From the NCBI GenBank assembly GCA_048938105.1, contig JBHLMN010000009.1, positions 1-64,000 of the forward strand: 64,000 nucleotides of DNA, given 5' to 3'. This document shows, in pieces, positions 40,201-48,200 of the stretch. How positions within the stretch are numbered: the stretch's first letter is position 1; every line of letters begins with the position of its first letter. The notes below the pieces were generated by a model. The model saw only the letters and a list, made by a program, of their open reading frames with translations. It was not told the DNA's origin and ran no database searches. Both the position numbers and the translations under genes were made by a program. This stretch comes from Promethearchaeota archaeon (GTDB taxonomy: Archaea > Asgardarchaeota > Heimdallarchaeia > Hodarchaeales > Hodarchaeaceae).

Positions 40201-43200
40201 TTAATGATACTTTTCAAACACCTTTAGCGGGCGAATCAGCCACAATTGATCTTCATAGGGGTATGTGTAAGGTGGAAGATATAGGTGTAATAGAAGGGGG
40301 TGATATAGATCTTCTTCCCATCATTGCAGAAAAAGCACCGCATCCCGTGATCAAAATAGTTGCTGAAGTTTTATCTATTCTCATGAAACTGGGTCTCAGC
40401 CTTGGGTGGCTCGACGTATTTGGAAATGCAGTTACAGGAGAACTAGCTGTCTCAGCAGGTGATTCACCTAAATCCAAGAATACCGCGAGCTGGAATCATT
40501 CTGGCGAAGTAAATACCTTAGAATTTGGTATTCCTCATGAAGCAGGAGAATATCTTGGACTTTCCTTTGATAAAATGATATTCCATGCAAGAAAAATAAC
40601 CTGGATGCCAGAGTTTTTTATTTCCTTTAAAGATATCGATTTAAAATCAGTACTTGACTTTTTTTTGTCTAAATGGAAAAAAAATTTCAAATGGCCTGAA
40701 TGGCTCCCCAATCCCAAACTACTACGACTTAATGAATGGTTCGGTACATTTCGTACCCCAATCTCGAAAATTGACCTCGGAAAAAACATTCCTTCTAGAC
40801 ATTCATATGAGATATATAAACTTGCATCCAAAATAGTATCGGCAGATGTTTATGATTTCTTGATGGATGTTGAAGAAATCACTCCAGTTGGAGGACAAGG
40901 GGCATTAGCGACCGTTAATACATATGACCAGATGTATGAAATAACATTACAAAATCCAGCGGGTAGATACGATGTGATTGAACTAGAGGTTCAGGGATTA
41001 CCAGAAGGGTACACAGCTACTTTTGATAGAGCCAAACCCGTCTATAGTATTGATTCGTTTCCTACAACTGTGGATTTAATTGTTTCCCCCCCAGAATATA
41101 TCAAAGCGTCTCCAGGAGTGAAAACATTCAATGTTGTGGCAACAAGTCAAGCAAAACGGAGTCTAAATGTCCCAGATCCTACAATGACCAAATCTGCTAC
41201 TTTAACTGTTCCCTCTACTTCAGATTTCAGTCTTAATGTTGATTTAGGAACCGAAACAGCTAAAACCATCCAAATTAACTATGGAGATTATATCCCAATA
41301 AGGTTCTTAGGTGAAAACTTAGGTAATCAAAATGACACAATAACTGTAAACGCAACGCTTTATTCGCTAGATTCAACCCTAAGAAGTTGGGAAAACAGCT
41401 ACGCTGTTGATCCATATGGTTCAGGATCAAGTCAGTATTATTCAGGTGGGTATGGATTTACATATGATCGAGCTGATCTCTATCCCTCTCCAGGCGTTTA
41501 TGCGCTAGACATTGAAGCAACAAGTCAAAGGTCACCTACCAACATTAAGAAAGAACGATTGGCTCTTAATTTCACCACACATTATGATTTAGAAACTTCC
41601 ATTACTCCCGAGTCTACAACTATGTTTGCTAATTTTGGAACTAATTTCACATTCACATTAAAAAACATGGGACATACCGTGGACAACTATACACTGACAT
41701 CTAGCGGGTGGGATGATTATATTACTTTCCTCACAGGAAATAAAATCCTCGATCTCGCTCCTAATGATACTGAGGAAATAATAGTGGCGCTGAAAATACC
41801 AAAGTCAGAAGTTAATGATACAGATGCGGGAGTATATGATTTTCGAATTGCTGCATTATCTGATGGTAGCGGAGGAGCGATATTCTCATCAACAGATGTC
41901 AGTGTGAATATTCTTGAACCTGACTATGTTCCCCCAGGAATCATCTATGTTGATACTGATAAGTCTGCTTGGGGCTTTGAATATCCATATTCAACAGAAT
42001 TTACATATGGTCCATCATGGAAAGCAATCGACAACTGGCCAGATACATACTCAATCTATATCAACAGTACTACACCTTATGATACTGGTACTTGGATTAA
42101 TGATTCTCCAATTTTTGTTCCTGTAACTGGACCTACTAATGCGTTAGATGAGGGAATCTATAATATTACAGTAACATATAATGATACCTCTGGAAATGAG
42201 GCTACTGAGCAAATCTGGATCACTATCAACCCACCTGACGCAACGATACCGATTGTAACACCACTTTCAGATAATGATAGCGTACCATGGAATTATGCAG
42301 ATGAGAATGTAATTCCTCTTGTCTGGAATTGTACTGAAGAATATCTATTAAATATAAGTATCTATAAGTATTGTATCTATGCCGGTGGTGACATGGGGGA
42401 ATTTTCTCTTACTCAAGATAACCTTGAAGTACTCCTAGATCCAGATATAGAACACAATTTCATTGTAACATTCTATGTTCCTGAATCAGAGTTGGCACTT
42501 CCAGAAGCACCGTTCCCATATGATATGAATATTACACTCTTAGTTCAGGATGGCGGAGGTAATTCTGCCTCAGCAAGCATATTTATCACTGTGGCTGCCC
42601 CCGACATTGTTCCTCCTGAACTTACAATTTCACCTGATGATTATATTATTGCGTATCTCAATTACGGTGGATCATTTAATTTCACAGCAACAGACACTTA
42701 TCCAGCCAAATATGAGCTATGGATTAATTCGACTTTGGGTCAAAATGGTACTTGGAAATCTGGAGTTCCTGTAATATTTCAAGTAGAAGAGTTAAATCTA
42801 CCTGTTGGAGCCAATGATTTAGAACTATATGTATACGACCTAGTAGGTAATGATATTTCTACTAAATGTATCCTTACACTCCATGATATTGATCCCCCGA
42901 CTTTGATGGCAGATCCAGGCGATTTGATAGTTAATGAACATACTCTAATGGAAATAGAGATACCTTATTGGCAATTACACGATTTTGATCCCAGGCCTGG
43001 CACTTATCGAATTTATCAAGACAGTGTATTGGTCAAAAAAGGTACCTGGACCATTGGAAATTGTAGTATCCCAGTCCCTATTAGGAATTTAACCGCAGGA
43101 TCGTATAACATTAAGGCTGAATTTCGAGATGCGACTGGCAATATGATTCCCTCATCTTTTGATGTGACCATTAAAGATGTCCTTGCACCTTATATTTGGC

Positions 43201-44112
43201 CACACGACCCTATTTATTATGAACCACTCTATACCGCCTCGTGGTTTGAGTTTTTCATCTCAGAGCCACACTTAGAGAGCTATCGCCTCTTCAGAAATGG
43301 AACATCAATCGCTGAAGGGACTTTGTCAGAGGATTTTCCGTTTATATTCGTGAGTCTTGCGGATTTGTCTACAGGCTATTATACTTATACAGTGGAAGTC
43401 ACTGACGAGTCAGGAAATATAGGTACAGAATTAGTTGAGGTTCATGTTACTGATTACACTCCCCCGTTCATAATAAGACCACCAGACCTTGTTTTCTCCG
43501 AAGGGACCACAGGCCATTCAATACTTTGGGAAATCATAGAAGCAAACCCTCACAACTATTCTCTCTATCTCAATGATCAGCTAATTTCTTCGGGAACGCT
43601 TACAAACATGAACATGTCAATTTCTGTGGATACCCTTGAATTGGGATTACACAAGTATATCCTCGTCGTTTATTGTCAATTTGGATTTTCACATGCTGCA
43701 TCCTGTTACGTTGTTGTTGTGGATATTACTACACCGACATTGTCTCAAGTTTTCGATTGTAGATTCGTTGAAGGGGATCCCAATGCAAAAGTTGTTTGGA
43801 AAGCATACGATCTACATCCATCCTCATACACAATAAAACATAATGGAACCACTATTATAACAGAAACTTGGACAGGAACCGACATCACATTACCATTAAT
43901 TGGATGGTTTGCTGGAACTCATAATGTTGAGCTGATTGTAAGTGATACCTCAGGAAACACAGCCACAGATGAAGTCAAACTTAAAATAATTAAAAAAGAA
44001 TCATATACTACTTTGAAAGGACCGAGTAGCGCTCCAGGGTTCATTTTAATGTATACTATAATGGTTTTTATAATCTTAACACCAATTAAATTTCGTTTGA
44101 AAAAGCGAAAAT
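34246..44112 (+). repeat. Copy 2 of the A+B cassette duplication
   Basis: Similarity begins at aagccttg...gatgata and ends at tgaaaaagcgaaa, matching the ends of copy 1. Confidence 0.9.
34255..38961 (+). CDS. Giant surface protein A2 (paralog of A1, modules in different order); probable TTG start 34270
   Basis: Same repeats and stalk as A1; VPGFEIL-TM-KRRKEK. Confidence 0.85.
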   Translation: MGDDTLKKSLIGLIIIVPLINRFIYERKDRRFIFRNFVVIGSIFLFIFSGISNTNTRVLNSRIGIDTTQIGNIAHDTNKGNVLESIAANSIELLTPENKTYHAPMSGYYPASWGFENNDPGMEPSDWYLTPTNGSSFYRVNAEYDGHKNVLEMRKYNGTTQVTVIKNFSSSVTAGTVEFWLQKDTGESGVHLSDPTRFFLLNSSGHPQVVFFVERMDLYPYNYIPTYDVVPKDTWHHFRIDFDVSQGGWQLQFNNYQFGSGYTLPFYYPVVDHVSGFQMASTDFADFSDYGAYLDAVGYSWDPGYTVGDNLNEGLLLSYYTPTPLNWTGYSLDGGTNVTILGNTTIPMPSDEIHTIQVFGNDSLGNWYSSELRPFRCSVSLNIYTPEEKTYLAPMSGYYPATFGFENEIDGTEGTNLEFIDEYYQPGEQNAYIIVNDGPWYDHNNFLVVYDRETAYNTSGVHYFDNPPTTGTIEFYNCYAADSDGYHYFILRAMDDTAAIQIRIDVEGIVEYFDGTSWHLISDQVYYEWYHHSITFDCKAGTKGQFTWITRDTDGTEVGRVENIDFLNDLNTIDELYLGSDDAANFGVTYWDAFGFSWEPNYNVGDNLDEGLLLSYYTPTPLVWTGYSLNGGTNITILGNTTIPMPFDGTHTIQVFGNDSAGNRYSSELRSFQVASIELLTPENITYNAPMGGYYPATFGFENELHKTRGTDIEFIDEWYEAGEVTEIVVYEGPLDGHYNFLVIADDIDASGANASGVHYFDNPPTTGTIEFYNYYSVPMSLGSHYFILRDIDDTVAVQIRINTDGGRIEYFNGTSWQNITNQVPITWYHHSITFDCEAGSNGRFTWITRDTDGTEVGRVENIEFLNDLNTIDELYLGSDDPANFGDTLWDAFGFSWDPNYNIGDNLDEGLLLSYNTPTPLVWTGYSLNGGTNITILGNTTIRMPLSGTHTIQVFGNDSAGNWYSSELRSFETITPPSIIGPADFAIELGDIGKNFLWSLSDPYPANYIVYRNGTIFKEENWSAVDLTVYISLDRLSEGNHNFTCVARNTFDRIAIDEVWITVGPDETPPDISSPSDISFEEGSIGYSILWTGSDNFPWWASVHRNDSLIYDQAWVGNDIEISLDNLTAGLYIFNCTLFDEPGNSAYDIVEVNVTEAVPDTRPPKVTAPDPLEFEEGTTGHILTWICSDDHPYAYKIQINDTDELFSAWRGGNVTFTVDDLPVGVWEVNLTLYDLSGNLASSPVIVTVNPEAPDTTAPTVSHPAELIIAENTAGTIVWEVSDKHPDWYTISRNGTVIYEQHYWVSGIIQFHFTSLPLGTWEFNLTVWDEAGNSASGIAIVKVLPGSAFDTNPPEISQVKDIQYTYGTTNNYLIVYLFDKHPQGYSISITTDTNITEQTWTSPNIRVEICLDGLAVGSYTVTITAWDTFGNTEARTVKVTVQGDVNPPTISYQPDITAYENTNITLTWQVSDESPSHFELFILPEGKVNQSGSWSGNSINITLGYLPTGTYQYQLIVYDASGNYAVDDFTLTVIKSSRVPGFEILTAVLFLLFFTKFRLYFNLKRRKEK

Positions 44113-44114
44113 GA
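38958..44114 (+). CDS. Giant surface protein B2 (paralog of B1)
   Basis: Collinear with B1; ATGA overlap with A2; APGFIL-TM-KKRK. Confidence 0.85.
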   Translation: MSFVQELKFGVKNHRNLIYAVFALLVLISPVVAQFYTPDIELSDFIPIQVPRLMKQDNGQAKSKVPDYLYNFLSEEDQKNLETYGEYLEYLSDEDLQMLETYNEYLQQLTDPNQQSSKAYDYFLNCWNPVEETISVSSEELPNFRESLQSFFFKDWVKKPSYSLEVEPDEEVESISTSDDHKIETTTRVRKDNCELVDTTIISENKEIHQRSVITEDSEITQISEISGRPRIQLIEPDFSGFDDIRIPIHSNEEGGKGAGQADLEWVTKTIDVEIGYKLSLSNIKEDLNFTIKNFVKFQAWAMFIVTFRFVFPVRLIIEYPAEVFEGQTYDFKVTLIPLDLPDYPEFKIKVLLWAGVRLDIKLLKLQVVCKPRWYWDIFKWKWRKTKKKFCGLSLSPVWKNVFYLPLVPMHSFEINDTFQTPLAGESATIDLHRGMCKVEDIGVIEGGDIDLLPIIAEKAPHPVIKIVAEVLSILMKLGLSLGWLDVFGNAVTGELAVSAGDSPKSKNTASWNHSGEVNTLEFGIPHEAGEYLGLSFDKMIFHARKITWMPEFFISFKDIDLKSVLDFFLSKWKKNFKWPEWLPNPKLLRLNEWFGTFRTPISKIDLGKNIPSRHSYEIYKLASKIVSADVYDFLMDVEEITPVGGQGALATVNTYDQMYEITLQNPAGRYDVIELEVQGLPEGYTATFDRAKPVYSIDSFPTTVDLIVSPPEYIKASPGVKTFNVVATSQAKRSLNVPDPTMTKSATLTVPSTSDFSLNVDLGTETAKTIQINYGDYIPIRFLGENLGNQNDTITVNATLYSLDSTLRSWENSYAVDPYGSGSSQYYSGGYGFTYDRADLYPSPGVYALDIEATSQRSPTNIKKERLALNFTTHYDLETSITPESTTMFANFGTNFTFTLKNMGHTVDNYTLTSSGWDDYITFLTGNKILDLAPNDTEEIIVALKIPKSEVNDTDAGVYDFRIAALSDGSGGAIFSSTDVSVNILEPDYVPPGIIYVDTDKSAWGFEYPYSTEFTYGPSWKAIDNWPDTYSIYINSTTPYDTGTWINDSPIFVPVTGPTNALDEGIYNITVTYNDTSGNEATEQIWITINPPDATIPIVTPLSDNDSVPWNYADENVIPLVWNCTEEYLLNISIYKYCIYAGGDMGEFSLTQDNLEVLLDPDIEHNFIVTFYVPESELALPEAPFPYDMNITLLVQDGGGNSASASIFITVAAPDIVPPELTISPDDYIIAYLNYGGSFNFTATDTYPAKYELWINSTLGQNGTWKSGVPVIFQVEELNLPVGANDLELYVYDLVGNDISTKCILTLHDIDPPTLMADPGDLIVNEHTLMEIEIPYWQLHDFDPRPGTYRIYQDSVLVKKGTWTIGNCSIPVPIRNLTAGSYNIKAEFRDATGNMIPSSFDVTIKDVLAPYIWPHDPIYYEPLYTASWFEFFISEPHLESYRLFRNGTSIAEGTLSEDFPFIFVSLADLSTGYYTYTVEVTDESGNIGTELVEVHVTDYTPPFIIRPPDLVFSEGTTGHSILWEIIEANPHNYSLYLNDQLISSGTLTNMNMSISVDTLELGLHKYILVVYCQFGFSHAASCYVVVVDITTPTLSQVFDCRFVEGDPNAKVVWKAYDLHPSSYTIKHNGTTIITETWTGTDITLPLIGWFAGTHNVELIVSDTSGNTATDEVKLKIIKKESYTTLKGPSSAPGFILMYTIMVFIILTPIKFRLKKRK

Positions 44115-44254
44115 TGATTACTTCAAATCCCTTCCTCGAATTATTTAACCAGTCATCTAATATAGTCCTTCGATAGATTTACTAATTAGCACTATAAGCC
44201 TCATGAAAAATGGCGCCTATAACTAGGAATAGCATATCATTCAAGAAAAAAACC

Positions 44255-45286
44255 TTAAAATCTCTTCTGTCCTCTTGGATATGCTCTGAATGGAGTTCTT
44301 GGTTCGAGACTGAGCCATTCAGTGGAATCTTCCAACCCAGTTAGCGACCTAAGGATATCAAAGGTTACCCACCTAGAAGATTGCGGAAATGGGGAATAAT
44401 TCCATAACCCGTAAGATCCTTGTTGTTGGAGGATGAATTCTAAGAGTTCTTTAACTCGTTCATCCTCTGTACTAGCCCCAACTCGCCAACATAAGTGGAG
44501 AAGGAAAGCAACATCAAATCTCGCGAAGTGTGTAAAATAGCCCGTAGCTAACTCTAATCCAATCAAACGAGATACTTCAAATCCAAGAGTGTGTTTTTCA
44601 CGAGTTTCCCGAGCAAGAAGAAGATCTAAGGCACGATGAGCTTCCTCACCAGTTCTGCGATCAGGATGTAATGCCAAACAATGTAACGCTGCTGTAGTAT
44701 TTGTCCGACATCCCCAATGTGAATGAGCGAGTTTCCGATACCCTGCAATCAACCCCCTCGTTCCTGCTTTCGTTCCCGCAGGCCATGATCCATCTCTTAA
44801 TCTTTGAGCTAATAACCATTCGTAACCACGCTCAGCTCGTTTATTAGTTGAGTATCCGCATGCTGCGACTGCACGTAATGGAAAAGCTGTTTGTAAAGGA
44901 ATCATATCATACCCTCCATCAACTTTTTGGCTCCTAAGAGGAAGAGGCCATAAACCTTCATCTGATTGTCTTGAGAAGAGAAATTCAACTCCCTTCTGAA
45001 CGGAGGGATGATCTGATGAATATCCTAAGAATCCAAACCTTAACAACACCATTGAGGTAGTTGTAATTTTATCAGTATAAGAAAACAAATTTGGAAAATC
45101 AGTACCATTCCAGGAACCATCAGATTGTTGGAGCTTAAGGAAGTCTGCTATTAGAAAATCAGAATCACGAATTTCTTTTAATTCTTTGACTTCTAGATCT
45201 GATTCTGGCTTATGTAGAAGGTCCTGTAAGACCAATAAACGCAAACAAGGAGATGGATCTGCTAAGAGTAATGGAATCCAGTTCAT
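44255..45286 (-). CDS. Prenyltransferase/squalene-oxidase repeat (alpha-alpha toroid) protein
   Basis: QW-like repeats QQSDGSW, QSDEGLW, QRLRDGSW, QQGSYGLW; 4-bp overlap with the UvrA-like gene. Confidence 0.7.
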   Translation of the reverse strand: MNWIPLLLADPSPCLRLLVLQDLLHKPESDLEVKELKEIRDSDFLIADFLKLQQSDGSWNGTDFPNLFSYTDKITTTSMVLLRFGFLGYSSDHPSVQKGVEFLFSRQSDEGLWPLPLRSQKVDGGYDMIPLQTAFPLRAVAACGYSTNKRAERGYEWLLAQRLRDGSWPAGTKAGTRGLIAGYRKLAHSHWGCRTNTTAALHCLALHPDRRTGEEAHRALDLLLARETREKHTLGFEVSRLIGLELATGYFTHFARFDVAFLLHLCWRVGASTEDERVKELLEFILQQQGSYGLWNYSPFPQSSRWVTFDILRSLTGLEDSTEWLSLEPRTPFRAYPRGQKRF

Positions 45287-48200
45287 AATTGGCCCTCCAA
45301 AACAGGACGAAGGTACTCAGCAGTAGGAGTATCTCCTTCCGCTACTTTTAGGGGGGTGTCAGCTGCTACAATATACCCACCTTCTGGCCCTCCAACAGGT
45401 CCGAGTTCTATAAGCCAGTCACAGGCAGCCAACACATGGGGGTGATGTTCAATCACTACAACACTATTTCCTTCATCAACCAAATGTTGAAGTACTTTCA
45501 GTAACCGTGACACATCATGTAAATGCTGACCTACTGTAGGTTCATCCAAAATATACATTGTTGACTTTTCTAATTTTAGTTTCTTTCTACTAAGTTCTTT
45601 GGCAATTTTAAGCCTTTGACATTCTCCACCAGATAAATGAATGCGTGGTTGACGTAATAGCAAATATCCTAAACCCACGTTTTTAGCTGATTTTAGTGGT
45701 CGAGAAATTCTATCATCAGATTTGAAAAGGTCATATATCTGGTTAAGTGTTAAATCAAACAGCTCTGGCAAAGTATATCCATATAATCGAACCATCCATG
45801 CTTCAGCTGTTAGACCAGTTCCTTGACATGTATCACAAGAAGTGAATACATCAGGAAGAAAACCCATGTCCATTCGAATTCGACCCCTACCCTTACAAGC
45901 AGAACATCCTTGGAATAATTGCTTTTCATCCAATCCAAGAGCTTTAGCATCGTCACTCTCAGCATATAAGGAATATAGGGGTTTTCTTAAGTTAAAATAA
46001 GTAAATGGACTACTGACATTATGCTTTGATTGGTCAATAATCATTGCTCGAGATGGGGCTCCCTCAATAGAATCATATTCACCTGGATTAATTGGTTCAT
46101 ACGCGACAGAAGTTGTATGTTTTTTTGGTACAAGAATTCGGCTTAGTATATCAATTAACAATGTGCTTTTCCCTGAACCAGAAACTCCACAAATCCCTAC
46201 CAATACACCTAGTGGTATTTCTAAATTCACATCTTTAAGATTATGCTCACGAGCACCTCGAAGTCTTAGCCATCTCTTTGATGTACGGAATTTCTCATAC
46301 TTCTTTGGACGAGTAAAGCGACGTTTTCCTCGCAACCATAATGCAGTGATTGTATCAGCTTGGGAGATTTCTCCAAGAGTACCTTGAGCAACAATTGTTC
46401 CACCCTCTGTTCCAGGGCCAGGGCCAATATCTATTACATGATCAGCTGCCTTGATTACCTGAGGATCATGCTCTATAACAATGATTGTATTATTATCATC
46501 ACGAAGACGAGTTAAAGCATTTAACAATCCATCAATCTCACTAGGATGTAAGCCTCTAGTTGGTTCGTCAAGTAAGACTGTAAGAGAGGTCAAGTTACTC
46601 CCTAATAATCCAGCTAATCTTATTCGCTGGGCCTCACCTGCACTCAATGTCATTATTATACGGGAGGCATTGATGTACCCTAAACCAACTTGGTTCAAGA
46701 AGCCTAGACGATGAACAATGGTCTCTAGGCTGTATTGAGCAATATTTTTATCGATATTCGGTAATTCCAAATCTTGTAATACTTCTAGAAGTTGTTTAAA
46801 CGGCATTTCGGTTAAATCATAAATATTGTAACCCCCGAGAGTTATAGTAAGGTATTCAGGCCTTAATCGTGCCCCATTACACTCAGAACAGGTTACTGTA
46901 GAAGAATATGTACCACCAACATCCCAGTCACCAATCCAACCATAAAACCCTGGGAATTGAATTGTCCTATCATATGTACCTAGTCGACTTCGACTTTCAA
47001 ATGTAACCTTTAATGGTTTTGATTCGCCATATAAAAAAGCATTTTGAGCTTCTGGAGTCATTTCATTCCAAGGAGTTGTCATAGGATCAAAATTATGACG
47101 TTTTGCTAAAGCCTGAACTACATAATATCCTCCATTATACTTTTTACATAAATAACCCTTGGGAAAGAATCCTGGAGAGTACATTGCTCCCTTACACAAT
47201 GGTTTATCAGGATGAATGATTAATTTCTCTGGTTTAGGGATTGGAAGTGTTCCAACACCATGACATTTCTTGCAAGCTGAAGCATAATTTGAAGTGGAAA
47301 AATACTTTGCTTCAGGAATTGGGAAGGATAGATTGCAGTTTGGGCAAAACCACTCATGGAGGTTTCTCTTACACAGAGTATTACAGTTAGAACATTGATA
47401 TTCACCGAAATTCGACATAAGGATAGTTAAATGATGTGAAATCTCTGTTATTAAACCTACAGTTGAACGATAATTATACCATCTTCCAATTCGCCTTGGA
47501 TCGATACTAATAGTGACACCAAGACCAGTTATAGAATCAACTGGTGCTTCAGGTCCTTCTCTAAATCCTTGTCTTTCATAAAGAGATAATGTCTCGAGGA
47601 AACGTCTTTCGGCTTCGGATTTAAGGACATCACCGATTAGACTTGACTTTCCAGAACCAGATACTCCCGTAACTACTGTTATTATCCCCTTAGGAAATTC
47701 TATTGAAACATTCTTTAGATTATTGGCAGTTGCATTCTCAATTCGAATACTCTCTACTTTACTCTCACATTGAATTTCTTCTTTTATGGGCTTTATTGAA
47801 TCCTCATATTGAAGTCCTTTTGTAGTAACAGATTCCCTGGCTTTAAACAACTCTTTTGGAGAACCAGCAAATATCAAATTACCCCCTTCAGGGCCCGCAC
47901 CAGATCCAAGATCTATAATCCAATCGGCTGCACGAATAAAATCAGAATTATGTTCTACCACTACTATCGTTGCACCTGTTCGAACTAGTTTATCTAAAAC
48001 AAATAATAATCGTGATACATCATACGGATGTAAGCCTGTAGAAGGTTCATCTAATAAGATCAACCTCTCTTTTAGTGACCTCATTCCTAAATATTTCGCT
48101 AATTTTACTCGTTGAGCTTCTCCTCCTGAAAGTGTTGGAGAGGGTTGTCCAAGCGGGAGATAACCTAAGCCAACATCACGGAGCGCAGTCAAGATACGTT

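Noticed and set aside
21905-44112. Duplication as an assembly artefact
   Set aside because: The copies differ by many synonymous changes, indels and module order while both keep intact reading frames
21927-44114. Diversity-generating retroelement as the source of variation in A/B
   Set aside because: No reverse transcriptase in the window; differences include indels and all base types rather than adenine-specific substitutions in a short TR/VR pair
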